Positions 29,314 to 39,349 of a stretch of DNA of 64,000 nucleotides are shown here, one piece after another. Both the position numbers and the translations under genes were made by a program. The notes under the pieces are model-generated. The model ran no database searches. It was not told the DNA's origin and saw only the letters and a list, made by a program, of their open reading frames with translations. This DNA comes from Nannocystis radixulma (GTDB lineage: Bacteria > Myxococcota_A > Polyangia > Nannocystales > Nannocystaceae), in NCBI RefSeq assembly GCF_028369095.1, contig NZ_JAQNDN010000024.1, positions 281,350 to 345,349 of the forward strand, given 5' to 3'. The number at the start of each line of letters is the position of its first letter. Position 1 is the stretch's first letter.

Positions 29314-30087
29314 TCATGGCAGGTAGGGCCGCAGGTCGGTGGATTCGACGAAGCGCTTGAGGGCGGCCAGCAGTGCGGGTCCCTGGGCCAGGCGGACGAA
29401 CAGCTCGCGCTCGGCGAGGAGCTCGTCGGTCGGGAGCTTCTTGATGAAGGCCTTGGCGGCCTTGCGCGCCGTCGGATCGAACTTGGCGGTCTGGGCCGCG
29501 AGGGCGCGCGCGGCGGTGATGCCCTCGCCGCCGGCGACGACCTGGCTGACGAGGCCGGCGGCCTGGGCCTTCTTGGCGTTGATGCTGCGGCCGCTGAGAA
29601 GGAGGTCGCGGATGAGGCCGTTGCCGACGTCGCGGCGCAGGCGCGGGATCCCGCCGAAGCCGGGGACGACACCGAGGCGCAGCTCGGGGAAGCAGAAGCG
29701 GGCCGACTTCTCGGCGATGAGGACGTCGCAGGTGAGCGCGAGCTCGAAGCCGCCGCCGAAGCAGACGCCGTGGACGACGCCGACGGTGGTGAGCGGCAGC
29801 ATGTCGAGGTCGTCCATGACGCCGTGGATCTCGTCGATGAACTTGCGGATCTGCGGGCCGTGCTGCTCGGCCGGGGCGTCGCACAGGCCGCGGTAGAGCT
29901 CGCGCAGGTCGGCGCCGGCGCAGAAGCCCTGGCGCAGGCCGCTGCGGAGGATGAGGGTGTGGGCGTCGCGATCGATCTGGTCGATAAAGCGGCGCAGATC
30001 GGCGAGCATCGCCGTGCCGATCTCGTTGCAGGGCGGCGTGGCGAGGGTGAGCTCGTAGACGCCGCTGTCGTAGGTCCAGTCGATCAT
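29314..30087 (-). CDS. Enoyl-CoA hydratase/isomerase (crotonase family)
   Basis: FCAGADL oxyanion motif and VHGVCFGGGFELALTCD. The ATG overlaps the upstream ligase stop (ATGA). Confidence 0.8.
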   Translation of the reverse strand: MIDWTYDSGVYELTLATPPCNEIGTAMLADLRRFIDQIDRDAHTLILRSGLRQGFCAGADLRELYRGLCDAPAEQHGPQIRKFIDEIHGVMDDLDMLPLTTVGVVHGVCFGGGFELALTCDVLIAEKSARFCFPELRLGVVPGFGGIPRLRRDVGNGLIRDLLLSGRSINAKKAQAAGLVSQVVAGGEGITAARALAAQTAKFDPTARKAAKAFIKKLPTDELLAERELFVRLAQGPALLAALKRFVESTDLRPYLP

Positions 30088-31718
30088 GACGCGTAGGCCC
30101 TGTCGATCTCGGCGCGGTAGCGCTGCTCGACGGCGCGGCGCCGCAGCTTCTGGTTGGCGGTGAGGAGGCCGTTCTCGATGGTGAACGGGTCGGCGACGCG
30201 GATGAAGGCGCGGATCTTCTTGTAGTGCGGGACGCTGGCGTTGACGACCTCGAGCGCGGCGTCGATGTCCTCCTTCGGGACGTCGCCAGGGACGATGATG
30301 CCGAGGAAGGGACGCGCGTGGCCGACGAGCATGCACTGCTCGGCGCGCGGACAGGCGGTCATGAACTTCTCCTCGATCGGCTCGGGGGCGATGTTGTGGC
30401 CCGACTCGGGGACGAGGATGTTCTTGACGCGACCGATGATCCGCAGGTTGCCGGTGTGGTCGAGCTCGCACTGGTCGCCGGTGTGGAACCAGCAGTCGCG
30501 GATGGCCTCGGCGGTGGCCTGCTCGCGCTTCCAGTAGCCGGCGAAGATGCCCGGGCCGCGCACCAGCAGCTCGCCCTCGTCGCTGAGCTTGAGCTCGCAG
30601 CCGCCGATGGCGTGGCCGACGTAGCCGGGGCGCACGCCGCCGGGGGTGTCCATGGTGACGATCGCGGTGGTCTCGGTCAGGCCGTAGACCTGGTAGACCT
30701 GCACGCCGATCAGCTCGAACCACCACTGGGTCTCTTCGGCGAGCGCGGCCGAGCCGCAGATCAAGAACTCGAGGCTGGGGCCGACCTGCTGCTTGATCTT
30801 GCTGAAGACGAGCTTCTTGGCGAGGGCGAGGGTGAGCCTGTCTGCAAGGCCAGCTTTGCCTTCGCGCTGGCGGCGGAAGGCGGCCTGGCCGCGCTGGTAG
30901 AGGGCGAGGGCGACGCCGCCGCGCTCCGCGATCTTCTTGCCGACGCCGTTCTTGATCCGCTCGAGCACGGCGGGGACGTTGAGGTAGTAGTGCGGATCGG
31001 CCGCGCCCATCTCGGCGACGAGGTTCTGCAGGTCGGTCGACAGCAGCAGCGGGTTGCCGCGGTACAGCTGCGTCCACAGCATGATGCGCGAGCCAGCGAA
31101 GCAGAACGGCAGAAAGTGGAACACCTTGTCGGCCCGCTGCCCGCCGGTGATCTTGTCGACGCTGCTGCGGGTCTGCGGCAGCATGTAGTCGACGTTGGCG
31201 CGGGTAAGGACGACGCCCTTGGGCTCGCCGCTGGTGCCGGAGGTGTAGATGATGGTGACCGGATCGGCGGGCGCGACCGGACGCGGCGGCTCGTGCACCG
31301 GGTCGCCGCGGAGGACGTCGCGCAGGTCCTCGATCGGGCAGTGCTCGGGCCAGGCGCCGCGCAGGCCGGCGGCGAGCTCGGGGCCGTCGGCGATGACGAG
31401 CACGGGGCTGCAGTCCTTGACCATGACGGCCAACTCGCGCGGGTCCTGGCGGCTGTAGAGCGGGACGACGATCGCACCTTCGAACAGGATCGAAAGGTCA
31501 GCCGCGACCCACCGCGCGGAGTTGGGGGCGAGCAGGGCGACGCGGTCGCCGGGCTTGACGCCGGCGCGGCGGAGGAAGCCGCGCGCGTGGGCGACGAGGT
31601 GCAGCAGCTGCGCGGCCGAGGTCGGGCGCCGCTCCTTGCCGTGGAGCTCGATGAGCAGGTGATCCTCGCGGGTCTTCTGGACCGCGGCGTGGATGACGTC
31701 GAGGAAGTTGTCGCTCAT
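30084..31718 (-). CDS. Long-chain-fatty-acid--CoA ligase (AMP-dependent synthetase)
   Basis: IIYTSGTSGEPKGVVLTRAN, YGLTETT, TGDQCELDHTGNLRIIGRVKNIL. The ATG overlaps the upstream stop. Confidence 0.85.
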   Translation of the reverse strand: MSDNFLDVIHAAVQKTREDHLLIELHGKERRPTSAAQLLHLVAHARGFLRRAGVKPGDRVALLAPNSARWVAADLSILFEGAIVVPLYSRQDPRELAVMVKDCSPVLVIADGPELAAGLRGAWPEHCPIEDLRDVLRGDPVHEPPRPVAPADPVTIIYTSGTSGEPKGVVLTRANVDYMLPQTRSSVDKITGGQRADKVFHFLPFCFAGSRIMLWTQLYRGNPLLLSTDLQNLVAEMGAADPHYYLNVPAVLERIKNGVGKKIAERGGVALALYQRGQAAFRRQREGKAGLADRLTLALAKKLVFSKIKQQVGPSLEFLICGSAALAEETQWWFELIGVQVYQVYGLTETTAIVTMDTPGGVRPGYVGHAIGGCELKLSDEGELLVRGPGIFAGYWKREQATAEAIRDCWFHTGDQCELDHTGNLRIIGRVKNILVPESGHNIAPEPIEEKFMTACPRAEQCMLVGHARPFLGIIVPGDVPKEDIDAALEVVNASVPHYKKIRAFIRVADPFTIENGLLTANQKLRRRAVEQRYRAEIDRAYAS

Positions 31719-33196
31719 GCGTGGCGCTCCAGCAGGCGCTGGACGTTGGGCGGCAGCGGCGGCAGGTGGGCGTCCCAGGTGCGCGGGAGGTCGCGCCGCG
31801 GGAACTGGGGATAGACGCGCACGACCTCGTCCATGAAGTCGATGCCCATCTGACCCATGAGCTTGAGCTGGGCCGGGACGGCGCGGGCGATGTCGGCGCT
31901 GATGGCGTCGGCGTCGCGCCACAGCCGGCGTAGGGTGTGCAGCAGCTTCTCGCCGAGGTCGTCCTCGTCGACCTCGAAGAACATGTCCGGGTGGCCGCGA
32001 TCGTTCATGAGGTTGCGGATCCGCTCGTCCATGGTGACGCCGGCCGAGGGCACGAGGCCCGGCATCGAGGTGACGATCGCGTGGAAGCGGGAGCTCACCA
32101 TCATGCTGCAATTGCGCAGCACGCTGACGAGGTCGAACATGTCGTGCTCGTCGCTGACGAACAGCGCGCCGCCGCGGTCGAGCCGCGGCTGCAGGTCCTC
32201 GCAGGCGTGGCGGTCGAGCTGCTCCATGCCGACGAGGATGGTGAAGAACTCGCGCTCCTGCGCGAAGGCGTTGACGCCGTCGGCCAGGGCCTGGATGTAG
32301 TTGTTGTACTTCTTCTCCGCCGCCTCGCTGTGGTGGTGGAAGTAGAAGGCGCTGTAGTGCTCGTGCTTGTACTGACCGCCGAGCTTGTAGGCGGCGTACT
32401 TGAGCAGGTCGGGCTTGACCGGCCACCAGAACGGGTTGATCGGGCAGACGACCAGGACCTTCTGGCGGCCGTCCCAGCCGGCGTCGCGCAGGAGCTGAGC
32501 GCCGCGCGACAGCGGCGCGGGGTCGAAGGTCCAGGCGGTGTCGGCCCCGGAGGTGGTGCGGATCCCGAGCTCGCCCAGGACCTGGCGCGAGGGCTCGTTG
32601 CGGCAGATGACCAGCGACTTCTTGCAGGCGTCGCGCACGAAGTCACGCAGCCCCGGGGTCATGTTGCCGGCCTCGGCGCCGTAGCCGACGCTGATCTTGT
32701 TCTCGGCGTTGGCGAGGCCGAGCGAGCCGGCCATGAAGCAGGTCAGCGCGCTCGAGAACTTCGACTTGAACATCGAGCCCTCGCACGCGATGACGCCGTG
32801 GTGCTTGGGGCACTCCTGGGCGATGAACTTGGGGAACACCGCCGGCAGCTCGATCTGGTGGACGGCGCGGAAGTAGCCGCGCGTCAGCTTGGGATCGACG
32901 GTCATGATCGTCAGCTCGAGGTCGTCGTCGCCGACGACGTGGCGCAGCTGGCGGATCATCTCCTCGACGCGGACGTCGGCGCCGGTGTTGCGCGTGCCGA
33001 CGTAGCCGGCCAGCAGCAGCTTGAGCGGCTTGCCCGGCTTCCACGTCTCCGGCGACATGCCGAGGACGTGGCGCACGGCGACGCCCTCGATCGCGGCGGC
33101 GACGGTGGCCTGGAGGGCGCGGTCGGGGTCGACGACCTCCTTGACCTTGTCCCAGATCTTGCTGGTGGTCTTCTTGACGGGTGCGCTCTTGGACAT
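31715..33196 (-). CDS. Polysaccharide pyruvyl transferase family protein (PF04230-like)
   Basis: 493 aa with balanced composition. The glycosyl/pyruvyl-transferase-like Rossmann halves match the family (LLAGYVGTRNTGADVRVEEMIRQL..., SSRFHAIVTSMPGLVPSAGVTMDERIRNLM). Confidence 0.6.
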   Translation of the reverse strand: MSKSAPVKKTTSKIWDKVKEVVDPDRALQATVAAAIEGVAVRHVLGMSPETWKPGKPLKLLLAGYVGTRNTGADVRVEEMIRQLRHVVGDDDLELTIMTVDPKLTRGYFRAVHQIELPAVFPKFIAQECPKHHGVIACEGSMFKSKFSSALTCFMAGSLGLANAENKISVGYGAEAGNMTPGLRDFVRDACKKSLVICRNEPSRQVLGELGIRTTSGADTAWTFDPAPLSRGAQLLRDAGWDGRQKVLVVCPINPFWWPVKPDLLKYAAYKLGGQYKHEHYSAFYFHHHSEAAEKKYNNYIQALADGVNAFAQEREFFTILVGMEQLDRHACEDLQPRLDRGGALFVSDEHDMFDLVSVLRNCSMMVSSRFHAIVTSMPGLVPSAGVTMDERIRNLMNDRGHPDMFFEVDEDDLGEKLLHTLRRLWRDADAISADIARAVPAQLKLMGQMGIDFMDEVVRVYPQFPRRDLPRTWDAHLPPLPPNVQRLLERHA

Positions 33197-33206
33197 GTTC
33201 GAAGGG

Positions 33207-34352
33207 CTAGGCCACCTGCCGCACCTGCGCGCCGCCGGGCCAGGGCTTGTACGGGTAGCTGAAGTTGTGGTCGACCGCGAAGCGGTAGAGCCCGTAGGCG
33301 TAGCGATCGAACGAGGCGGGCGCCTCGCCGAGGGCGTCGACGACCCGGCGGTTGTCGAACACGGTGTCGAAGGTGAGGTAGGGCAGGAACACCTTGAGCA
33401 GCGAGGCCGGGAGCGAGACGCCCCAGTTGCGCGGGGTGTTGGAGGCGGTCTCGACCACGCGGTTGAACGCGCCGTTGAGGCCGGGGACGAAGCGGTGCTT
33501 GACCGGGTGGCCGGCGCGCCGCATGGCGTCGACGACCTGGCGGTAGGTGAGCGAGGCGGTGCCGGAGCTGAGGCTGTAGGCGTCGTGCGGCAGCTTGTCG
33601 CGCTGGTGCAGGGTGACGATCGCCTTGGCGACGTAGTCGACCGGGACGATGTCGAGCCGCCAGTCGGGGTGGAACGGCAAGATCGGCAGCTTGGCGAGCA
33701 TGACGAACGCCCGCACCATGTCGAACTGGGTGGTCTCGGGGAAGCGGCTGTCGCCGAGGACGATCGAGGGCCGCAGCACGAGGCCCGGGACGTCGGGCAG
33801 GAGCTCGTGCAGCATGTGCTCGCAGAACTTCTTGGTCCGCGCGTACGGGTCGTAGTCGGATTTGTCCCAGTCGACGGTGTTGTCCTCGGTGACGACCTCG
33901 CTCTTGCGCTCGCCGGAAACTGCGACGGTGCTGATGTCGGTGAAGCGGCGCAGGCCGTGCTGGTCCTGGGCGTCGCGCGCGAGCTTGAGGACGCTCAGGG
34001 TGCCGCGCAGGTTGACGTTGAAGCAGGCCTTCGACGACTTGCGGTTGAGCGACGCGGCGCAGTGGATGACCGAGTCCATGGTGCGGACCAGCTTCTCGCG
34101 CGCGCCGGCCTCGAGGCCGAGGCCCGGGAAGGTCAGGTCGCCGAGGTAGAGGTCGCAGCGGGTGCGGACGAGGTCGAGGAAGCGCGGGAAGTCCATGTGC
34201 AGCTGCATGGACTTCCACAGCCGCTGCTCGGCCTCGGCGGGATCCTTGGCGCGCACGAGCAGGGCGAGGCGCTCGTTCGGGTGCTCGTCGAGCAGGCCCG
34301 CGGCGACGTACGAGCCGATGTATCCGGTGGCTCCGGTGAGGAAGATGGCCAT
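33207..34352 (-). CDS. NAD(P)-dependent thioester/fatty-acyl reductase-like SDR (extended, 3-beta-HSD/male-sterility type)
   Basis: N-terminal [16 protein letters not shown] Rossmann motif, and [10 protein letters not shown] fits the YxxxK catalytic dyad region. Confidence 0.7.
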   Translation of the reverse strand: MAIFLTGATGYIGSYVAAGLLDEHPNERLALLVRAKDPAEAEQRLWKSMQLHMDFPRFLDLVRTRCDLYLGDLTFPGLGLEAGAREKLVRTMDSVIHCAASLNRKSSKACFNVNLRGTLSVLKLARDAQDQHGLRRFTDISTVAVSGERKSEVVTEDNTVDWDKSDYDPYARTKKFCEHMLHELLPDVPGLVLRPSIVLGDSRFPETTQFDMVRAFVMLAKLPILPFHPDWRLDIVPVDYVAKAIVTLHQRDKLPHDAYSLSSGTASLTYRQVVDAMRRAGHPVKHRFVPGLNGAFNRVVETASNTPRNWGVSLPASLLKVFLPYLTFDTVFDNRRVVDALGEAPASFDRYAYGLYRFAVDHNFSYPYKPWPGGAQVRQVA

Positions 34353-34356
34353 GGTG

Positions 34357-36042
34357 TCAGACGACCTCGGCGTGGGGCGCGGGCGCGGCCTCGGGCGAGC
34401 GCAGGCGGAAGGGGTGGCGCGGGGAGTAGCTCTCGGGGGTCTTGTTCTCGAACAGCGGGAAGCACCACTTGCGCAGCCCGGGGATGTGCACGTCGATCCA
34501 GTAGTGGCGCCAGTCGATGCTGCGCGGGTCGCAGTCCCACTCGGGCTCGACCACCGGGTGGCGCAGCAGGTTGCGCGTGTAGAACGCGAAGTGGTTGTCG
34601 TGGATGAACGGCAGGTAGAGCTCGCACATGCGCTCGATCTTGTCGATCGCCTCGAGCGCGTCCTCGGTGTGCTCGGCGAAGTCGGTGAGCCGGCGGCGGA
34701 TGAACTCCGGCCACTCCTTCGGCGGGTCGCGCAGCCACTCGTCGACCGACTCGGTCATCTTGCGCACGTTCTCGATCCGCATCGGGTGGTCGGGCGTGAC
34801 GGCGATGGCGTCCCAGCGCGACTTGACGACGCGGTCGAGGGTGGTATCGCCGCGGGTGCGCAGGTGCTTGCGGTGGGCCAGCGCGACCAGCTCGACGGCG
34901 CGGTCGATGGTCAGCAGGTTGAGGTCGGAGCTGCCGCACTGGTAGACGGGCGCGTGCTCGCCCCGCATGAGCGCGGCGCCGGCGACGGTCATGCCGCGGC
35001 AGACGTAGTCGACCGGGATGATGTCGAAGGGGTTGCCCTTCTTGCACGGCAGGTGGCGGAACCAGCTGCCGAGCGCGTAGCTCAGCGGGCCGCAGGTGTT
35101 GAAGCCCTGGTTCCACCCGGGGAACGGGTAGCTCATCGAGCTCTCGACGATGGCCGGGCGGAACATGGCCCAGCGGCCCGGATCGAGGCGGCGGGCGATC
35201 CACGCCTCGGCCATGTTCTTGGTGAAGGTGTAGATGTTGGTGAAGCCCCAGCGGCCGGCGCGGCGCTGGCCCTCGGCCACCATCGCGTCCTTGAGCAGGT
35301 TGCGCTTGATCCGGCGGGCCGTGTTGCGCACCAGCATCGCGTTGTTCTCGTCGCCGCCCTTCTCGCGGATCTGCTTGATCGCGTCGTCCTGGGCGCGCCG
35401 ATCCATCTCGGCCGACTCGTGCTCGGCGAGGATGGCGTCGATGCTGGTCTGGATCTCGGCGTTCTCGGCCTCGACGTCGAAGGCGTCGCCGCTGGGCGCG
35501 AGGTCGGGGCGGATGTCCTCCCCGATCTTGCCGTTCTTCTTGCCGGTGACGTAGCAGGTCGAGATGTGGAGGAGGACGGCCTTGTCGCAGGCGGCGACGA
35601 AGTTGGCGGCGTTGCGGGCGCCCTCGACGTTGGTCGTCATGGCGTCGCGCAGGTCGGGGTCGAAGTCGACGAGGCCGGCGCAGTTGACCACGAGGTCGAT
35701 GTCGCGGCGCAGGCGGGCGAGCACCTCCGGGTCCTCGACGCCCATGTCGGGCAGCGAGACGTCGCCGGAGACGACCTCGACCCGCTCGCTGATGAAGCGG
35801 CTCATGTCGGCGCCGTACTTCTCGTGCAGCGGGCGGAAGCACGGCGAGGTCTGGACCTGGCGCTCGAACCGGTCGGCCGCCGGCCGCAGCGCCTTCTTGC
35901 GGGTGAGCACGTAGATCTTGCCGATCTCGGGCACGTGCTGCAGCACCATCGCCAGCCACACCTTGCCGAGAAAGCCGGTGACGCCGGTGAGCAGGACGTG
36001 GCGGCCGGCGTAGCAGTGCTTGATCGAGAGCGGCGTGTTCAC
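34357..36042 (-). CDS. Fatty acyl-CoA reductase (NAD_binding_4 / male-sterility domain plus C-terminal FAR domain)
   Basis: [18 protein letters not shown] Rossmann motif, YTFTKNMAE (YxxxK), and a roughly 200-aa C-terminal extension typical of FARs. Confidence 0.8.
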   Translation of the reverse strand: MNTPLSIKHCYAGRHVLLTGVTGFLGKVWLAMVLQHVPEIGKIYVLTRKKALRPAADRFERQVQTSPCFRPLHEKYGADMSRFISERVEVVSGDVSLPDMGVEDPEVLARLRRDIDLVVNCAGLVDFDPDLRDAMTTNVEGARNAANFVAACDKAVLLHISTCYVTGKKNGKIGEDIRPDLAPSGDAFDVEAENAEIQTSIDAILAEHESAEMDRRAQDDAIKQIREKGGDENNAMLVRNTARRIKRNLLKDAMVAEGQRRAGRWGFTNIYTFTKNMAEAWIARRLDPGRWAMFRPAIVESSMSYPFPGWNQGFNTCGPLSYALGSWFRHLPCKKGNPFDIIPVDYVCRGMTVAGAALMRGEHAPVYQCGSSDLNLLTIDRAVELVALAHRKHLRTRGDTTLDRVVKSRWDAIAVTPDHPMRIENVRKMTESVDEWLRDPPKEWPEFIRRRLTDFAEHTEDALEAIDKIERMCELYLPFIHDNHFAFYTRNLLRHPVVEPEWDCDPRSIDWRHYWIDVHIPGLRKWCFPLFENKTPESYSPRHPFRLRSPEAAPAPHAEVV

Positions 36043-36070
36043 GGGTGTCCTCCGGTTCCTGTCCGTAAGG

Positions 36071-36748
36071 TCAGTCGCGATAGTCGATGATCGGCCAGTC
36101 GGCGTCCTTGGCGCTGCGGCGCAGGACGAAGTCGGGGTTGACGGCGCACGGCTTGCCGACGCGCGAGAGCAGCAGCATGTCGGGGCCGTGGGCGCCGTAG
36201 GCGGAGCAGCGGGCGAGCTCGAGCTTGTGCACGGCCGCGTAGTCGTCGAGCCAGCGGCCGCCGACGTTGGAGCCGATGACCGGATCGAGCAGCCTGCCGG
36301 TGGCCTCGTCGTCCTCGAACTCGATGTGGTTGAAGACGAGCTCGTCGTAGTGCTTGAGGTGACGCGCGAGCGGCTTCATGATCGGCTCGATGCTGTCGGA
36401 CAGCAGCACGACCCGCCGCCCCTCCGCCTGCAGCCGCTTGAGCAGCTCGAGGCCCTGATCGAGGATGGTGTCCTTCAGGACATCCTCGGCGTACTCCTCG
36501 CACAGGACCTCGACGCGGTCGCGGCTCATGCCACGGATGGCGAGGTGGGCCAGACGGTGGGCCAGCGCGCGGTCGGTCTGGCCGAGCAGGCGGTGGACCG
36601 GGGCGGCGAGACCGACGAGGCCGAGGCGCAGCGCCCGCTCGCCGAACTTCTTGGCGTTGGCGGCCAGGTAGGCCGCCGCGCTGAGCACGCCGCGGGCGAG
36701 CAGGATGCCTTCGACGCGGACGAATGCTGCCGTGTTGGTTTGTGTCAT
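36071..36748 (-). CDS. HAD-IB family hydrolase (phosphoserine-phosphatase-like)
   Basis: The N-terminus is AAFVRVEGILLARGVLSAAAYLAA rather than a canonical DxD motif, but the HAD-IB cap/core pattern is present (LLSDSIEPIMKPLARHL...GKPCAV). It lies 28 bp upstream of the FAR gene. Confidence 0.55.
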   Translation of the reverse strand: MTQTNTAAFVRVEGILLARGVLSAAAYLAANAKKFGERALRLGLVGLAAPVHRLLGQTDRALAHRLAHLAIRGMSRDRVEVLCEEYAEDVLKDTILDQGLELLKRLQAEGRRVVLLSDSIEPIMKPLARHLKHYDELVFNHIEFEDDEATGRLLDPVIGSNVGGRWLDDYAAVHKLELARCSAYGAHGPDMLLLSRVGKPCAVNPDFVLRRSAKDADWPIIDYRD

Positions 36749-37046
36749 CGACCAGACTCGCGGCCTAGTTAGCGCACCCGAGGCCAGCGTTACAAGCATT
36801 CCCAAGCTGACGGAGATGCCTGCGAAGGCCGCTGCGCACGCCGTTTTACGCGTGCACCGGGGTGCGCAGGATCGGCGGCGACGAGGCCTCGGTGGCCGTT
36901 CGGCGGGCTTTGGCGGCGAGGCTCGCGAAGGCCCGAGATGTTTACTCGCACGAGTAAGTAGTTGCCGCGGACGTTTGACCGTGCGTTTAAGAAATTGCTC
37001 CCCGAATCGCGGTGGTCGGGGCGTCACCGGTGGGTCGCGCGTCGAG

Positions 37047-37694
37047 GTGCGCTATCGTGTGGTCGTGACCCCGCCGCTGCTCGTCTGCGCCGCCGAGGTC
37101 GAGGGCCGCGGGCTGCCCTCGGCGCTGCGCCTCGGCGTCGGCAAGGTGGCCGCGGCGGTGGCCATGACCGCGGCGCTGCACGAGCGCCGGCCGGCGTGGG
37201 TGCTGCTGTTCGGGGTCTGCGGCGCCTATCCCGAGGGACATGGCCCGGGGGGCAGGCTGGACGTCGGCGACGTGTGCCTGGTCGGCGACGAGTGGCTCGC
37301 CGACGAGGGGGTGGCGACCGACGACGGGTTCCTGCCGCTGTCGCAGCTGGGGCTGGGGTCGAACGGGCCGTTTCACGCCGACGCGGAGCGTTCGGCGGCG
37401 GCGGCCCGGGTGCTCGGGGCGCCGATCGTGCGCGGGGCGACGGTCAGCGCGTGCAGCGGGACCGACCCGCGCTCGCGCGAGCTGGCGACCCTGACGGGGG
37501 CGACGGTCGAGACGATGGAGGGCGCGGCGGTGGCGTGGGCGTGCGGGCGCGCGGGCGTGCCGTGGGTCCAGCTGCGCTGCGTCAGCAACCGGACCGGACG
37601 ACGGGCCGCGGGCGGCTGGGATCTGCCGCGCGCGGTGACCGGGGTGCAAGAGGCGTTGCGGCGGCTGGAGGCCGCGAACTGGGGGATGGCTTGA
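37047..37694 (+). CDS. mqnB: Futalosine hydrolase (MqnB), MTA/SAH-nucleosidase fold; GTG start tentative
   Basis: VVVTPPLLVCAAEVEGRGL..., ATVETMEGAAVAWACGRAGVPWVQLRCVSNRTG. It is immediately followed by mqnD. Confidence 0.6.
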   Translation: MRYRVVVTPPLLVCAAEVEGRGLPSALRLGVGKVAAAVAMTAALHERRPAWVLLFGVCGAYPEGHGPGGRLDVGDVCLVGDEWLADEGVATDDGFLPLSQLGLGSNGPFHADAERSAAAARVLGAPIVRGATVSACSGTDPRSRELATLTGATVETMEGAAVAWACGRAGVPWVQLRCVSNRTGRRAAGGWDLPRAVTGVQEALRRLEAANWGMA

Positions 37695-37695
37695 G

Positions 37696-38520
37696 ATGAG
37701 CGCGAGCGAACCACTGCCGATCGGGTTCTCGCCGTGTCCGAACGACACGTGGATGTTCGACGCGCTGGTGCGCGTGCCGGAGTTCGTGCCGGGGCTGCGG
37801 CCGCTGCCGTGGCTGGCCGACATCGAGGCGCTCAACGAGCGCGCGCTGGCCGGCGAGGAGCCGCTGCCGGTGACGAAGCTGAGCGCGCACGGGCTGTTCT
37901 GGGTCGAGCACAACTACATGGTCTTGCGGACAGGTGCGGCGCTGGGCCGCGGCTGCGGGCCGCTGGTGGTCGCGCGCGAGGCGGGCGAGCTCGGCGGGCT
38001 GGCGGGGCGCAAGATCGCCATCCCGGGCGCCTACACGACGGCGCACCTGCTGCTGCGCTGCTTCGCCCCGGCGTCGGCGACGGTGGTGCCGATGCGCTTC
38101 GATCGCATCATGCCGGCGGTCGCTGCCGGCGAGGTCGACGCGGGGCTGGTGATCCACGAGGCGCGGTTCGTGTTCCGCGACCACGGGCTGTTGCAGGTGG
38201 CAGACCTCGGCGAGGTGTGGGAGGCCGCCACGGGCCTGCCGCTGCCGCTCGGGGTGATCGCGGCCCACCGCTCGCTGCCGGCCTGGCAGGTGCGCGCGGT
38301 CGAGGAGGGGATCGCCCGCTCGATCGCGGCGGCGGAGGCCGACCCGGCCGCGGCGTGGCCGTTCGTCAAGGCGCATTCGCAGGAGCTGAGCGACGAGGTG
38401 TGCCGGCAACACATCGCCCTCTACGTCAATCAGTTCTCGCGCGACATGGGGGCCGAGGGCGCGGCGGCGCTGGCCGAGCTGCGCGCGCGCGGGCAGGCGG
38501 CGGGGCTCTTGCCGCGCTGA
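37696..38520 (+). CDS. mqnD: 1,4-dihydroxy-6-naphthoate synthase (MqnD, futalosine pathway)
   Basis: N-terminal PIGFSPCPNDTWMFDALV family hallmark; 274 aa. Confidence 0.8.
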   Translation: MSASEPLPIGFSPCPNDTWMFDALVRVPEFVPGLRPLPWLADIEALNERALAGEEPLPVTKLSAHGLFWVEHNYMVLRTGAALGRGCGPLVVAREAGELGGLAGRKIAIPGAYTTAHLLLRCFAPASATVVPMRFDRIMPAVAAGEVDAGLVIHEARFVFRDHGLLQVADLGEVWEAATGLPLPLGVIAAHRSLPAWQVRAVEEGIARSIAAAEADPAAAWPFVKAHSQELSDEVCRQHIALYVNQFSRDMGAEGAAALAELRARGQAAGLLPR

Positions 38521-38626
38521 GGTGCGGGGGGCGGGGCATCTGCCCTGCGGAGTGGCGGGCGACCGGGTATGTCGCCCGGGACATGTCCGAGAGTGCAGGC
38601 GGCCCGGGGCGGCGGGAGCGCGGGCG

Positions 38627-39289
38627 TCAGCCGCACTCGGGGTCGTAGGCGCAGATGGCGGCGAGCTCCTCGCTGCGGCTGACGCTGAGCTGGTCGTTGC
38701 AGGCGCACACGGGTCGGCAGCAATTGGCGCCGAGGCGGCTGACGATCACGCAGGAGACATCGGTCTGGCAACCCGGGATGTCCGGGCAGTCGGCGGCGGT
38801 CTCGCAGGCCTTGGTGCAGCGGGTGTGCTCGGCGACGTACTCGGGCGCCAGCGCGCAGTGGCCGGAACCGGCGCAGATGAGCTCGGGCTTGCCGCAGTCG
38901 GCGTCGGTCTCGCAGTCGATCAACCGGTAGTCGTCGTAGGTCAGGAGGCACATGCCGGACAGGCACTGCTCGCTCACCGACAGCGCGCTGGCCATCGGCT
39001 GAGCCGCGTCGTCCTCGTCGGGCGGGTCGGCGGTCTCTTCCCACACCTCGGCGACGAGCTCGCACGGCTGGCCGTAGAGCAGCGGGTTCGGGTTGGCGCT
39101 GGATTCGGTGGTGTCACCGGGAGAGTCGGTGGGGCTGGGGTCCGGGGCCACGGTGCCGGCGGAGCTGGTAGCGACGGAGTCGCCGTGGGTGAGCGTCTCG
39201 CCGATGATCTCGGGGGGGAGCACACAGGCGGGGGCGGCGGTGATGAGGGCGAGGGATAGGGCGAGACATGGCGGGCGCGAGGCGGTCAT
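38627..39289 (-). CDS. Cys-rich secreted protein
   Basis: MTASRPPCLALSLALITAAPAC signal and 20+ cysteines in a C-terminal module. Confidence 0.5.
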   Translation of the reverse strand: MTASRPPCLALSLALITAAPACVLPPEIIGETLTHGDSVATSSAGTVAPDPSPTDSPGDTTESSANPNPLLYGQPCELVAEVWEETADPPDEDDAAQPMASALSVSEQCLSGMCLLTYDDYRLIDCETDADCGKPELICAGSGHCALAPEYVAEHTRCTKACETAADCPDIPGCQTDVSCVIVSRLGANCCRPVCACNDQLSVSRSEELAAICAYDPECG

Positions 39290-39349
39290 GACCTGTGAAG
39301 TCCCCGGCACCGGCGAGCGTCGTCGAATTATTTTGCGGCGCGCCGGCGC

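Noticed and set aside
28066-29884. Long ORFs on both strands across the repeat region (383 aa, 579 aa, 319 aa, 295 aa) with 20-aa periodic peptides
   Set aside because: The periodicity mirrors the 57/60-bp DNA minisatellites. Composition is R/P/A/S-rich and there is no domain signal.
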